Source of the DNA: an uncultured archaeon
GTDB taxonomy: Archaea; Thermoplasmatota; Thermoplasmata; Thermoplasmatales; Thermoplasmataceae
Length of the DNA stretch: 64,000 bases
NCBI GenBank assembly: GCA_000965745.1
Contig: CP009479.1
Span: 1,888,001 to 1,952,000 of the forward strand
Direction: 5' to 3'
Shown in pieces: positions 19,030 to 30,059 of this stretch. The position numbers and the translations under genes are program-made. Position 1 is the stretch's first letter. Every line of letters starts with the position of its first letter. The notes below the pieces were generated by a model. It was not told the origin of the DNA, searched no databases, and was given only the letters and a program-made list of their open reading frames with translations.

Positions 19030-19112
19030 GGTACAAATGAAGTGGAAGAGGCACACAATCATCTGTGGATACCACATAGGGAAAGTTAATTTCGGAGATT
19101 ACATGATAAAAT

Positions 19113-19586
19113 ATGGAGCTGAAAGAGATAGGCAAGGTGCACCATCATTTTCCGGATGATGATGTGAGGGACCGGGCCGGCCAGATAGATGGCGTCATCA
19201 CCGTGCATCCTGAATTTGCTGAAGGCATATCAAACCTGGAAAACTACCCGTATATATTTGTAATAGCAATAATGCACAAGCACCTTGAAGAAGCCTTCCC
19301 GCTTAAAATAAAACCAAGGCTTCTTCTCAGGAAAGGGTACAGGATAGAGGATCTTCCCGAGATCGGTGTATTCTCGTCTGATTCACCTTCCAGGCCTAAC
19401 CCGATTGGCCTCTCCCTTTTGAGGCTGAACAGGATTGTGGACTGCAACGTGCATGTTTCAGGGCTGGATCTTTTTGATGGCACACCTATAGTTGATATAA
19501 AGCCGTATACGAAGCGATACTGTCCTCCCGACAAGGGGAGTGAGGCTTTTGCCATGAATGAGTGTGAAGAGATTGGCAGGCATTAG
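19113..19586 (+). CDS. TrmO/TsaA (YaeB) family tRNA methyltransferase-like protein
   Basis: GVFSSDSPSRPNPIGLS and GLDLFDGTPIVDIKPY motifs. Confidence 0.85.
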   Translation: MELKEIGKVHHHFPDDDVRDRAGQIDGVITVHPEFAEGISNLENYPYIFVIAIMHKHLEEAFPLKIKPRLLLRKGYRIEDLPEIGVFSSDSPSRPNPIGLSLLRLNRIVDCNVHVSGLDLFDGTPIVDIKPYTKRYCPPDKGSEAFAMNECEEIGRH

Positions 19587-19676
19587 AAAAGGATGTGGAG
19601 CTTTGCCTCCTCCTGCATAATCGGAAATGTGCAGGTCTGCAAGATCAGTATTATAACTGTTTGGTCGATTAAGCAT

Positions 19677-20129
19677 ATGTTGGAGCCTGTAAGAATAATA
19701 ATTGCGGTTGCACTGATGGTTGTTACGGTTTTTGCTTATGCCGTGGCGGGCACCCTGATTGCAGTTCCTTTCGCCGCAGTAACAATAATATATTTCCTCC
19801 TCAGCTTCACTAAGATAGGCGCAATGAATGCAAACAGGAAAATCAGCCGTTTCACGTTCAACGCCATAAAGGAAGAGGGGATTAAAAGGATAAAGATTGG
19901 AACGTTCCATGTGAGAGAAGAGGATTTTACCGACTCGGTGGAGAGGATAAAGGATGTCCTTTCGGATCAGCAATATTTTCCAGAATTCGGGCTGGATGGA
20001 ATGTTTCTGAGCTATGGTACAGAAGATGAGGCAAACAGGGCTCTTGAAAAGATAAAGTCCCGTGGAGTCAAGGCTGACACCATACTTGACCGCAGGACAT
20101 GGCTTGTGAAGATAGAGTTCGAACAGTGA
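19677..20129 (+). CDS. Hypothetical membrane-anchored protein
   Basis: Two N-terminal hydrophobic helices followed by a soluble domain. ATG 19677 is the likely start. Confidence 0.65.
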   Translation: MLEPVRIIIAVALMVVTVFAYAVAGTLIAVPFAAVTIIYFLLSFTKIGAMNANRKISRFTFNAIKEEGIKRIKIGTFHVREEDFTDSVERIKDVLSDQQYFPEFGLDGMFLSYGTEDEANRALEKIKSRGVKADTILDRRTWLVKIEFEQ

Positions 20130-20273
20130 GATTGTTCAGCACACCCACTATTTCATTCAATGTTATGATGCCACGACATATGAACTGTTTAAATATGTGA
20201 TCGTGATGACGAATTAGCAAAATAAATACATAGTAGAAAAGAACTACTGAATTTTATTTTCCAGAGTGTTAAA

Positions 20274-21545
20274 ATGACAGAATTCAAAGAAATGAACTTG
20301 AAGCGAGATTTATTGGCTTCATTGGAGAATATGGGTTTCAGAGAACCAACTGAAGTTCAAACCAAGACCATCCCCATGATACTTAAGGGAAAAGATGTCA
20401 TAGTCAGGTCAAAGACTGGCTCAGGCAAAACGGGAGCATTCCTGATACCAATCATACAGAATCTTCAGAGAGGAGACCATCAGTCCGCACTGGTTATCGC
20501 ACCCACCAGAGAGCTTGCAATGCAGGTACATAAGGTCGCAGAGACAATGACTGCCAAGACTGGCCTGTCAACTACCGTGGTATACGGTGGAGCATCAATA
20601 GAGAACCAGATACGCAACCTGAGGAAGGGCACCAACGTAATTGTGGGAACGCCTGGAAGAATCCTTGACCTCATGGAGAGGAGGGAGATCGACCTGAAAT
20701 CCCTGAAATTCCTTGTGCTAGATGAAGCAGACATAATGCTTGACATGGGCTTTATTGAAGACATAGAGCGCATAATTTCCCGCACCCCAAAAGAAAAGCA
20801 GATGATGCTCTTCTCGGCAACCATGCCGGACATGGTAGTAAAGTTGTCAAAGAAGTATATGAGGACCCCTTCTAGGGTAACAATAGGAAACGAGGAGGAA
20901 CTGACAGTTGAGACTGTTTTCCATAGCTATGCTGTAGCGGGAAACTATTCAAAGGTGGCAACGCTCCTTGCATACCTGACAGAGTTCAACCCTACCAAGT
21001 CAATCATATTCTCACACACCAAAAGAGGGGCAGACATACTGTATGAAGTACTGCGTGAGCACGGGTACGATGCTGCGGTGATACATGGAGACTTGAGCCA
21101 GGCACAGAGGGAAAAGTCACTGTCGACATTCAGGTCAGATGCCAAATATCTTATCGCAACCAACGTTGCTGCGAGAGGTCTTGATATCACTGATGTTTCA
21201 GACGTGATCAACTTCGATATCCCTGAGGACCCGTATGTGTATGTCCACAGGGTAGGAAGATCGGCCAGGATGGGTGCAAGCGGAAATGCAATGACTATAA
21301 TAACCGATAAAGAGGTCTCTTTGATCCATGAGATAGAAGATTCGGCAAACATCAGAATGAGCCTTATCGAACTAAACAAGGAGCCCTTTAAGCATGTAGG
21401 CTTCAATTACACCCACAGAAAGTACCAGAATCAAAACAGAGACGGAAGAAACGACGGTTTCAGAAATCAGAGAAGAAGATCAAATAATTCCAGCAGACCC
21501 AGAAACCGGAACAGATACCAATTCGAAAGAAGAAACAGGTCCTGA
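20274..21545 (+). CDS. DEAD-box RNA helicase
   Basis: Q-motif, TGSGKT, PTRELA, TPGR, DEAD, SAT and HRVGRSAR; Arg/Asn-rich tail. Confidence 0.95.
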   Translation: MTEFKEMNLKRDLLASLENMGFREPTEVQTKTIPMILKGKDVIVRSKTGSGKTGAFLIPIIQNLQRGDHQSALVIAPTRELAMQVHKVAETMTAKTGLSTTVVYGGASIENQIRNLRKGTNVIVGTPGRILDLMERREIDLKSLKFLVLDEADIMLDMGFIEDIERIISRTPKEKQMMLFSATMPDMVVKLSKKYMRTPSRVTIGNEEELTVETVFHSYAVAGNYSKVATLLAYLTEFNPTKSIIFSHTKRGADILYEVLREHGYDAAVIHGDLSQAQREKSLSTFRSDAKYLIATNVAARGLDITDVSDVINFDIPEDPYVYVHRVGRSARMGASGNAMTIITDKEVSLIHEIEDSANIRMSLIELNKEPFKHVGFNYTHRKYQNQNRDGRNDGFRNQRRRSNNSSRPRNRNRYQFERRNRS

Positions 21546-21562
21546 AGCTGAAAAAGCAACAG

Positions 21563-21760
21563 CTATTCTTCTTCCCTGGATTTTCTTATTTCTTCCTGGA
21601 ATTTCTCCGCGTCGGATGAATCAACTTCCAGTATAAATGGGCCGGTGTATTCACAATCCTCGCATTTATAGATGTAACCCATTATACCTCCTATGATCCA
21701 GTTGACATGGAGGGAACCACATTTTGGGCACATCTTCACCTGCATAGCATGCAGATGCAA
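21563..21760 (-). CDS. Small CPxCG zinc-ribbon protein
   Basis: CPKCGS...YKCEDCEYTGP; the true start may be a few codons downstream. Confidence 0.7.
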   Translation of the reverse strand: MHLHAMQVKMCPKCGSLHVNWIIGGIMGYIYKCEDCEYTGPFILEVDSSDAEKFQEEIRKSREEE

Positions 21761-21885
21761 TCTATATTAATTAATGATTTCAGGGTGGATGCATCAATTT
21801 CCTCAGTTGTGAAAGTTTACGCAAAATGATGAGTGCCGGAAATTCTCCAGAACAGTTATTCAATGTTAAAAAATGGGTAGGGGTA

Positions 21886-24282
21886 TCAGGACTTCGCGGC
21901 CCTGACTGCCTTCCATATGTTTTCAGGCTTGAGCGGCATATCAATGTTAGAGATACCATATTCACTGAGGGCGTCAATCACTGCATTCACAAGGGCTGGG
22001 GCCGCAGCAATTGTCCCCGCTTCTCCAACACCCTTTGCCCCGATAGGGTTATGAGGCGATGGAGTGAATGTCGACGCTGTCTCAAACCTTGGAACTTCAA
22101 CGGCTGTTGGGACCGCGTAATCAGCGAGTGATGCAGTTATGAGGTTCCCACTCTCATCGTATATGGATTCCTCATACAACGCCTGAGCAAGCCCTTGCAC
22201 AATTCCTCCATGAATCTGCCCCTCCACAATCATTGGGTTCAGCTGAGGGCCGCAGTCGTCGACAGCCACGTACCGCTTGATCTTGACCTGGAACGTCTCA
22301 GGGTCGATCTCAACGTTGCACACATGGGTTCCAAAGGGGAAAACAAAGTTTTCAGGGTCATAGAAGGTGGTTTCTTCAAGTCCCGGCTCCATACCCTCAG
22401 GCAACTGGTCGAAACCTGCACCGTAAGCCGAGTAGGCAATATCCGACAGCTTCCTTTTTTCCGTGGGATTGCCTTCAGAATAAAATTCCCCGTTGTCGTA
22501 AACGATGTTATCTGGGGTCGTGTTCAGCATGTGTGCTGCTATCACAGTAGCTTTCTTCAGGACTTTTCTGCATGCAAGGGCAATTGCGCCTCCTGCTATT
22601 GGTGTGGTCCTGCTTGCATACGTTCCCATGCCGAACGGTATAATCGCTGTATCGCCATGGACAAGTTCTATATCTTCATAAGGAGCCTGAAGCTCATCTG
22701 AAACAAGCTGTGCGAACGTGGTATCTTCTCCCTGTCCATGGGGATGCCCTCCTGTGAGGACTGAAACCTTACCGGTGGGGTGAACCCTGACAGTGGCACT
22801 TTCCCAGAGGCCAAGGCCGTATCCCGTTGCCCTGACAATCTTTGAAGGGCCGGCACCACTCATTTCCACATAGCTCCCAATACCAGTGCCCACCAGTTTC
22901 CCTTCCTTTCTGAGTTTCTTGTTCTCTGCTACCTGTTTCCTGTAATCGATTAGATCTAGTGCTTTCTCAAGGGCTGTGTGATAATCACCGCTGTCATACA
23001 AGGTTCCGGTGACGGTGGCAAAGGGAAATTCCTCTTTCTTGATGTAATTCTTCCTCCGCAGTTCTGCGGGGTCCATCTCAAGTTTGCGCGCCAGGTTGTC
23101 AACCATCCTTTCCACAATAAATGTTGCTTCAGGCCTGCCGGCGCCCCTGTATGCATCCACGGCCATCGTGTTGGTAAGAACTCCAATGACTTCACACTGC
23201 ACAGCTTGCATCTTGTACTGGGCACTGTACATAAGGACGGACAGGACAGTCGCGACACCCGGGGCAACGGTAGAGATCCATCCCCCAAGGTTTGAGTATA
23301 CCTTGACCCTCACTCCAAGTATGGTGCCGTCCTTCTTGGCAGCCATCTCGACATAATGGACGTGGTCCCGGCCATGGGTTGTGGAGAGATAGTTTTCTCT
23401 CCTGTCTTCAGTCCACTTCACTGGCGCCTTGAGTTTCCTTGAAAGGTAGATAAGAACAACCTCCGGCCCGTAGCATGCTATCTTGCTTCCAAAAGCGCCA
23501 CCTACATCGGGTGAGATCACGCGCAGCTTGTTCTCTGGAATTCCCAGCACCGAAGAAAAGAGATATCTGTGCACATGCGGATTTTGTGAGGTCATCCATA
23601 TAGTGGTCTCGTCCTTTCCCTGCTCATACTTTGCGATTGCACTTCTCGTTTCCATGGCAGACGGCTGGAGCCTCTGGTTGCGAAGCCTCTCCTTTATTAT
23701 CACGTCAGCCTGATCGAAAACAGATTCATCTCCGCCCGCGAACTTCCAGTTCAGTGCAACATTATTCTCTATGCCTTCATACAACCTTGGAGAACCTTCC
23801 TTGACTGCGTCCTCCTGGTTGCTTACTGCAGCGAGAATTTCATAATCCACATCAATGAGTTCAATGGCATCCCTGGCTATGTATGGGCTTCTGGCAACCA
23901 CCACGGCCACCGGATCGCCAACATAGCGGGCTTTGTCAAAAGCTATCGAATAATATGGGGTGTGCTTCAGGTCTGCGTTGGGGAGATTCCACGCAGTCGG
24001 AATAGGACTCATCTTGTCTTTCAGGTCATTTCCTGTAAGAACCTCAACCACCCCGGGAAGTTCCTTCGCCTTTTCCGTCTTTACACTCCTGATCCTGGCA
24101 TGTGCATAGGGGCTTCTCAGAAAGGCGGCGTACATCATGTCAGGGAATTTGATGTCGTCCGTATATGTGCCCATGCCTGTGATCATCCTGGCATCTTCTT
24201 TCCTCTTCATGCGCGTTCCGGAAATCCTGTTGACCTTTCTTCCGGACACCTTCTCCATGATTACCTGTGCTTCCTGAGGCAT
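21886..24282 (-). CDS. Xanthine dehydrogenase family molybdopterin-binding large subunit (CoxL form II / CutL-like)
   Basis: RSPYAHA, GGAFGSK, AYRGAGRPE, GQG..T, VEGQIHGG and GAKGVGE motifs. Confidence 0.92.
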   Translation of the reverse strand: MPQEAQVIMEKVSGRKVNRISGTRMKRKEDARMITGMGTYTDDIKFPDMMYAAFLRSPYAHARIRSVKTEKAKELPGVVEVLTGNDLKDKMSPIPTAWNLPNADLKHTPYYSIAFDKARYVGDPVAVVVARSPYIARDAIELIDVDYEILAAVSNQEDAVKEGSPRLYEGIENNVALNWKFAGGDESVFDQADVIIKERLRNQRLQPSAMETRSAIAKYEQGKDETTIWMTSQNPHVHRYLFSSVLGIPENKLRVISPDVGGAFGSKIACYGPEVVLIYLSRKLKAPVKWTEDRRENYLSTTHGRDHVHYVEMAAKKDGTILGVRVKVYSNLGGWISTVAPGVATVLSVLMYSAQYKMQAVQCEVIGVLTNTMAVDAYRGAGRPEATFIVERMVDNLARKLEMDPAELRRKNYIKKEEFPFATVTGTLYDSGDYHTALEKALDLIDYRKQVAENKKLRKEGKLVGTGIGSYVEMSGAGPSKIVRATGYGLGLWESATVRVHPTGKVSVLTGGHPHGQGEDTTFAQLVSDELQAPYEDIELVHGDTAIIPFGMGTYASRTTPIAGGAIALACRKVLKKATVIAAHMLNTTPDNIVYDNGEFYSEGNPTEKRKLSDIAYSAYGAGFDQLPEGMEPGLEETTFYDPENFVFPFGTHVCNVEIDPETFQVKIKRYVAVDDCGPQLNPMIVEGQIHGGIVQGLAQALYEESIYDESGNLITASLADYAVPTAVEVPRFETASTFTPSPHNPIGAKGVGEAGTIAAAPALVNAVIDALSEYGISNIDMPLKPENIWKAVRAAKS

Positions 24283-24283
24283 T

Positions 24284-24808
24284 TCAACTGCCCCCTTTAG
24301 TCTTCATCTTGTCAGCAGCAAGCCTTACCGCATCAACAATATTCTGGTATCCGGTGCATCTGCAGATATTGCCGGATATGCCCCACCTGATCTCGCTTTC
24401 GCTAGGGTCCGGGTTCTCTTTGAGGAACCAGTAGGACTGCATTATCATTCCGGCGGTGCAGAATCCGCACTGAAGCCCGTGCTTTTCCTGGAATGCTTCC
24501 TGAATGGGGTGAAGTTCAGTAACGTTTCCAATACCTTCTACGGTAATTATGTCTGAGCCATCTGCCTGAATGGCGAACACTGTGCATGACTTAACTGATT
24601 GACCATCCTGGATCACGGTGCATGATCCGCAGTTTGTAGTATCGCATCCAATGTGGGTGCCCGTCATGCCAAGCCTGTCCCTCAAGACTGTTGCAAGAAG
24701 TTCCCTCGGCTCAACTGAAACTTTCCTCTTCCTGCCGTTGAGAGTGAATTGAACCTCCACCAGGTCTTCCAGGCCTGCCCCATCTTCAAACGTCTCCTCA
24801 TAAACCAT
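24284..24808 (-). CDS. [2Fe-2S] small subunit (CoxS/CutS-like)
   Basis: [20 protein letters not shown] and GNICRCTGY motifs. Confidence 0.95.
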   Translation of the reverse strand: MVYEETFEDGAGLEDLVEVQFTLNGRKRKVSVEPRELLATVLRDRLGMTGTHIGCDTTNCGSCTVIQDGQSVKSCTVFAIQADGSDIITVEGIGNVTELHPIQEAFQEKHGLQCGFCTAGMIMQSYWFLKENPDPSESEIRWGISGNICRCTGYQNIVDAVRLAADKMKTKGGS

Positions 24809-25689
24809 TATATAGCACCTCCAGCCCTTTCAAATGCAGTTCTAAGTGACCTTCTGGTGTAGACTTCACACATGGCCTTCTTGAATTCTGCTGAACCCCT
24901 GAGGGGATCGTCAGTTGGGTCGGTGCTTTTGACCGCCAGCTTCGCAGCCTCGTTTATTCCATCTATGCCCACCTTTTTGCCCAGAAGGAATTCTTCAGCT
25001 TCGGATGCCCTCATTGGAGTGCGTCCCACGGCTGTAAGGCCGATCCCTGCACTGCTGCAATTGCCTTTATCATCTAATTCGAGCTGCGTTGCCACGCCAA
25101 CAGTCGCAAAATCCCCTGCTTTTCTTTCCATGTTCATATAAGAAAAACCATGGCCCTTTCCTGATTTGGCGGGAACGGATACTCGTGTCAGTATTTCACC
25201 AGCCTTTATGGACGTCTCATACATATCAACGAAAAAGTCGTCCGAATCTATTGCCCTCTCCTTTTCTCCGTTGCTGACCATGATCTTGCCTTTTAAGGCT
25301 ATAATACAGGCTCCCCAGTCACCAGAAGGATCGGCGTGGATTAGGGAGCCGCCTATTGTCCCCTTGTTCCTGACCTGAGGGTCTCCAATCCAGGATGCCA
25401 CCTCAGACATCAATGGAACCTCCTTCTGGATTAATGGCGAAGTCTCAATTGCATGATGAGTAGTTGCACCCCCAATAACTATATCTGAACCATTTTCAGC
25501 CATCCCTTTCATGCTGTCGATTTTACCGATATCGATCAGGTGATTCACTGACACGAGCCTCATCTTCATCATGGGTATGAGGCTCATGCCACCTGCAAGA
25601 ATTCTTGCTTCCTCTCCATGCTCCTGAAGCAGTTTTACAGCCTCAGCTACTGTCCGGGGAGAATAATACTTAAAATTGGCAGAGTACAT
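24808..25689 (-). CDS. FAD-binding medium subunit (CoxM/CutM-like)
   Basis: AGGMSLIP and [14 protein letters not shown] motifs. Likely start MYSANF at 25689. Confidence 0.92.
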   Translation of the reverse strand: MYSANFKYYSPRTVAEAVKLLQEHGEEARILAGGMSLIPMMKMRLVSVNHLIDIGKIDSMKGMAENGSDIVIGGATTHHAIETSPLIQKEVPLMSEVASWIGDPQVRNKGTIGGSLIHADPSGDWGACIIALKGKIMVSNGEKERAIDSDDFFVDMYETSIKAGEILTRVSVPAKSGKGHGFSYMNMERKAGDFATVGVATQLELDDKGNCSSAGIGLTAVGRTPMRASEAEEFLLGKKVGIDGINEAAKLAVKSTDPTDDPLRGSAEFKKAMCEVYTRRSLRTAFERAGGAI

Positions 25690-25893
25690 AACAAATCCTT
25701 TAACAACATTCAAACGGATGTATAATAGAATTGCGTTCGGAATATATGACGGGGGTGGTTTAAATATACCGAATAGAAGAACTGAAATCTTTGCGAGAAT
25801 TAAATATCCCTGGAGTTTTCAAAAAGGGATGGGTGGATAATTGAGCCAGAATTGATTGCTTGAGCTAGAAAATGCTCCTGTTGCATCAAGCTC

Positions 25894-26742
25894 TCAATGC
25901 GAGATCTTGCTGTGCTTGCCTTTTTGTTCGCCATCGGGCGTTCTGGAAACTTTGACAACCTGCCCCATTATGCTCATTGCTATCTCTTCCGGGGTTATGG
26001 CCCCAATGTCGATCCCTATGGGTGCGAACATACTTCCCAGGAATTCATCTGAAACCCCCCTTGAGCCTAGCTGTTCCTTGTCTGCCCTAACCCTGTTCTT
26101 GCTTGCCATAAGGCCAACGTATCTGAGATTCCTCCTGGAAAGAGCTTCGAGAATGGGGATGTCTCTGGCACCCTTAGTTAGAACTACAACCGAGTCAGAA
26201 TCGTACAGCTCGAAATTTGAAAGGTCGTCCTCAACATCCTTCAGCACTTCATCCGGCTGGTTGTTCAAAACAGGAGAGTGATCCAGGAGGACCACCTGGT
26301 ATCCTAGAAGTTTAGCTTGCCTTATGAGTGCATCCTGAACGTCATCCTTTCCTCCCTGGCCCACAATTACGAGTCTCTGGGCCGGATTGTACGGTTCGAG
26401 GAATATATCCATGACACCACCGCAGAAGGTTTCAACGTGGATTTCATTCTCCGGTATGGCCCTGTTCATGGACAGGAGGGCGTCCTTTGCTTCCTCAAGG
26501 AATACTTTAACCATTTTTGGCTTGCCTGTCCTCATTACTTCCTTGGCATGCGGCAGGAGGGAAGATTCAGGGCATGCTCCCCCTAAGGTTCCATAGGGCA
26601 CATCCTCGTCAGCCGTTATTATTATCTTAAACCCGGGCTTGCCCAGAGTTGACCCGTCCACGTTGATAATGGTTGCTACGACGAATGGCTTTCTCTTCTC
26701 GATCAGCTCATTTAACACAATAGGAAATTCCTGAGGTTTCAA
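25894..26742 (-). CDS. xdhC: XdhC/CoxI family Moco insertion chaperone
   Basis: GTLGGACPE, CGGVMDIFLEP and APIGIDIGAITPEEIAMSI motifs. Confidence 0.88.
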   Translation of the reverse strand: MKPQEFPIVLNELIEKRKPFVVATIINVDGSTLGKPGFKIIITADEDVPYGTLGGACPESSLLPHAKEVMRTGKPKMVKVFLEEAKDALLSMNRAIPENEIHVETFCGGVMDIFLEPYNPAQRLVIVGQGGKDDVQDALIRQAKLLGYQVVLLDHSPVLNNQPDEVLKDVEDDLSNFELYDSDSVVVLTKGARDIPILEALSRRNLRYVGLMASKNRVRADKEQLGSRGVSDEFLGSMFAPIGIDIGAITPEEIAMSIMGQVVKVSRTPDGEQKGKHSKISH

Positions 26743-26840
26743 GGCAATTTACTATCAATATGATGTATTTATCGTTTTTGGGCTGCGAAACTGGTTAACT
26801 AAATCAATATATCTCCTTACAATCACATGTACAGTGCTGA

Positions 26841-27449
26841 ATGTCTGATAATAAGAGTGTGTCTGGCGTAATTCTTGCCTCAGGGTTTTCATCACGCTTC
26901 CGGGGAGACAAGCTTTCAGCTAAACTGGATGAAAAGCCTATTGTAGCTTATGCGGTGGAAAATGCCCTCAACTCAGAATTGGCAGAAGTGATAGTGGTAA
27001 TCGATCCTGATAACAAGGCGGTTCGCAAACTGATGCCTGACAAAGTAAAAATCGCAGAAAACAGGCACAGGGAAGAGGGTATAAGCAGTGCTGTGAAGGC
27101 GGGATTGAAGAGTGTTGATGAAAATTCCACGGCGGCCCTCTTTCTTGTCGGTGATCAGCCTTTCGTATCACCTGCCCTGATCAACAGGATTGTGAATGCT
27201 TATCTTGAAGAAGATTGCCAGATTGTATCATGCTCTCATAAAGGTGTCTGGAAGAATCCAATGCTCTTTGACCGGAGCTTTTTCGAGCAGCTTTTGAGCA
27301 TTGCCGGAGATGTTGGCGCGAAGCAGGTAGCACTCCTGAATCCTGACCGGGTCTGTACAGTTGAGGTTAAGGATCCGCTTCCGCTTTTTGACATAGACAC
27401 ATTTGAGGACCTTGAGAAAGCCCGGAGATTGAAGAATATGGTTGATTGA
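26841..27449 (+). CDS. mocA: Molybdenum cofactor cytidylyltransferase (MocA-like)
   Basis: VILASGFSSRF..DKL, GDQPFV, GDVGAK and DIDTFEDL motifs; lies between the two Mo-hydroxylase operons. Confidence 0.85.
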   Translation: MSDNKSVSGVILASGFSSRFRGDKLSAKLDEKPIVAYAVENALNSELAEVIVVIDPDNKAVRKLMPDKVKIAENRHREEGISSAVKAGLKSVDENSTAALFLVGDQPFVSPALINRIVNAYLEEDCQIVSCSHKGVWKNPMLFDRSFFEQLLSIAGDVGAKQVALLNPDRVCTVEVKDPLPLFDIDTFEDLEKARRLKNMVD

Positions 27450-27506
27450 GCTTACAATCATATAATGCGATAAAAGAGGATGGGAAAAAAATAGTTTTGT
27501 GATCTT

Positions 27507-29522
27507 TCAGAAGTCTTCGGCAATATCTTCCGGCCTTACCGGAGTGTCCCTGATCCTCTTCCCGGTCACTTTCTCGATGGACCTTACAAGCGCGCTTGGT
27601 ACACCTATTGTCGGGGCTTCCCCCAGTCCCTTGACGCCGTGTGGCAGGTCTGAACGATTTTCTGCTACCTTGACCACGAAATTTGGGACCTGATCGGCCG
27701 AAAGGACACCGGAATCAGCTATGCTGCCTGTCAGCAGTTCACCTTCATCGGAGTAGGCGATCTCTTCTGAAACAACCTGGCCGATTCCCTGGACAATTCC
27801 CCCCATAATCTGGCCCCATACGCTCTCCTTGCTCAGAACTCTTCCGACATCATAGTAGGACCAGCAGTCCTTGACCCTGATAGCCCCAAGAGGAGAAACA
27901 TCAGCAACTGCGATGTTTGCCCCGAATGAGTTAAGAGTTCCCTTCATTTCCTCGAAGTGGTCTATGTCGTAGCTGCCCGAAAGAGCGTTTTCTGGCGAGT
28001 AGTCGCCAAAGTCCTTAATCACCATGTCCTTTATTTTCCCGGATGCTGCAATTACGGCAGCACCGGCAGTGATCGCAGACCTGCTCCCCCAAGCCCCAAC
28101 GCCCCTCTTTACGGCGTCTGTGTCACCAAGTTGCAACTCAACAAGATCACTTGCTATTCCAAGCTCCTCCCTTATAAGGGTCCTTACGAATTCCTGATGG
28201 CCCTGGCCCGCGGTGTCACCACCAAGCCACACCTTCACTCTGCCTTTTTCAATCTTTATTCTTGCGCCTTCTCCTGGCCCTATTCCCGGTACGAGAACAA
28301 AGAAACCCAGGCCTGCCGTGTCGGAAGTAAATCTCTTTCCGTATTCGAATTCCTTGAGCGCATCCTGGAAGAATGGTTTAGCAGCCCCTATTTCAAGGCC
28401 TAGTGGAGATTTGAAGGGTTCTGATGACATGTTCGCGATTCTTACGTCTGCAGGGTCCATCTTGAGTTCATCTGCAAGAAGATCAACCATCCTTTCAATG
28501 AAGTAGGATGCCTCAGGCCTCCCGGCTCCCCTGTAAGGCCCCTGAGGCACCTTGTTTGTGAGCGTGGCAATAGCGCGGACATAGCCGTTTGGTATTGCAT
28601 ACGGGCCCGTAAGCTGATATGCTATGAATCGTGGAGCGAACTCACCGAATCCTCCATAGGCGCCTGCATCTACGTACACTTCGCCTGTAACGCCGTTTAT
28701 TATTCCGTTCTTGCCGGCAAATATCTTGATGTCTGCCCTGGCACCTCTGCCCGGATTGCTTGAGCTGAGGTGCTCGCTCCTGGTTTCTATCCACTTCACC
28801 GGCCTCTTGTACTTCATTGCTGCATGAGCGGCAATAACGTACTCTGGATGAAGTCCACCCTTAAGGCCGAATCCGCCTCCTGTATCAGCCTGGATTACCC
28901 TGACCGAATCAGGGCTCAGATTCATGGCCTCAACCAACCCCTCCTTTATGCTCTGTGAGGACTGGGAGGATGCCCACATGGTAAGCCTGTTCCCGTCATA
29001 GGTAGCCACCACTCCCCTGGGTTCCATTGGGTTTGTAGCGACCCTTCTGTTGTAGAACGAGTCTTCCAGAACTATGGGGGATGATGTGTCCTTGAATTCC
29101 TTTCCAACCCACTTGTCGATAAGAATGTTGTTTTTTGTTCCCGGATGTATCGGATCTGCCTTCAGGGCAGCATCAATCTCCATCACAGGCTTCAGCGGCT
29201 CATATTCCACATCAACGGAGTTAAGCAGGTCTTCCGCCTTGTATCTGTCTTCACCGAAAACTGCAGCTACGGGCTGCCCCAGATAGCTGGTATAGCCCTG
29301 GGCAAATACCGGTTCACTGTATATGTTGATTTCACCGGACCCGCCTTCCCCGACGGATGCCATTCTTCCTTCATAGTCGCTGCTGTTGAGCCCTCCCTTG
29401 AGTGAAGCAATCTTTGCACGTGAGTATGGGCTTCGGACTATGGCCATATAAAGCATTCCCGGGAGATTTATGTCGTCAACGTATGTTCCTTTTCCTTCCA
29501 CAAACTTCTGTCCTGTTATCAT
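27507..29522 (-). CDS. Second xanthine dehydrogenase family large subunit (shorter, 671 aa)
   Basis: GGGFGLK, PYRGAGRPE, GQIMGG and GVKGLGE motifs. Confidence 0.9.
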   Translation of the reverse strand: MITGQKFVEGKGTYVDDINLPGMLYMAIVRSPYSRAKIASLKGGLNSSDYEGRMASVGEGGSGEINIYSEPVFAQGYTSYLGQPVAAVFGEDRYKAEDLLNSVDVEYEPLKPVMEIDAALKADPIHPGTKNNILIDKWVGKEFKDTSSPIVLEDSFYNRRVATNPMEPRGVVATYDGNRLTMWASSQSSQSIKEGLVEAMNLSPDSVRVIQADTGGGFGLKGGLHPEYVIAAHAAMKYKRPVKWIETRSEHLSSSNPGRGARADIKIFAGKNGIINGVTGEVYVDAGAYGGFGEFAPRFIAYQLTGPYAIPNGYVRAIATLTNKVPQGPYRGAGRPEASYFIERMVDLLADELKMDPADVRIANMSSEPFKSPLGLEIGAAKPFFQDALKEFEYGKRFTSDTAGLGFFVLVPGIGPGEGARIKIEKGRVKVWLGGDTAGQGHQEFVRTLIREELGIASDLVELQLGDTDAVKRGVGAWGSRSAITAGAAVIAASGKIKDMVIKDFGDYSPENALSGSYDIDHFEEMKGTLNSFGANIAVADVSPLGAIRVKDCWSYYDVGRVLSKESVWGQIMGGIVQGIGQVVSEEIAYSDEGELLTGSIADSGVLSADQVPNFVVKVAENRSDLPHGVKGLGEAPTIGVPSALVRSIEKVTGKRIRDTPVRPEDIAEDF

Positions 29523-29547
29523 TTCATCACCATTCCAGGGAATCCTC

Positions 29548-30057
29548 TTACTGGGACTCCACCACGACTTCTTCCTCTTCTCCTTCTTTCTCGATGAGTT
29601 CGGATGCGTATTTTACTGCTTCAACAATATTCTGGTATCCTGTGCACCTGCAGAGGTTTCCGGAAAGGTTCCTCCTTATTTCCTCCTCAGTGGGTTTCTT
29701 GTTTTTCTTCAGAAGCCAGTATGAAGCCATGAGCATTCCGGATGTGCAGTACCCGCATTGAAGTCCATGCTTGTCTAGAAACGCCTTCTGAATTTTGCTG
29801 AGTTTTCCATTCTGCGAAAGCCCTTCTACTGTTTTTATTTCCCTTCCGTTAGCCTGTCCCACCAGAACGGTGCATGATTTTACAGCTTTTCCGTCCATGA
29901 CCACAGTGCATGCCCCACAGTTGGAGGTGTCACATCCAATATGAGTTCCAGTTGCCCCTACTACATCCCTTAGATAATGAGCAAGAAGCATCCTGGGTTC
30001 CACTTCGTCACTTCTCTCTTTGCCGTTTATTTTCACTCTAACCTTTATTTTGCCCAT
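29548..30057 (-). CDS. [2Fe-2S] small subunit (CoxS/CutS-like)
   Basis: GCDTSNCGACTV, QCGYCTSG and GNLCRCTGY motifs. Confidence 0.95.
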   Translation of the reverse strand: MGKIKVRVKINGKERSDEVEPRMLLAHYLRDVVGATGTHIGCDTSNCGACTVVMDGKAVKSCTVLVGQANGREIKTVEGLSQNGKLSKIQKAFLDKHGLQCGYCTSGMLMASYWLLKKNKKPTEEEIRRNLSGNLCRCTGYQNIVEAVKYASELIEKEGEEEEVVVESQ

Positions 30058-30059
30058 TT

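Noticed and set aside
21886-24282. Call as true aerobic CO dehydrogenase
   Set aside because: The active-site loop is AYRGAGR, not the form I AYxCSFR.
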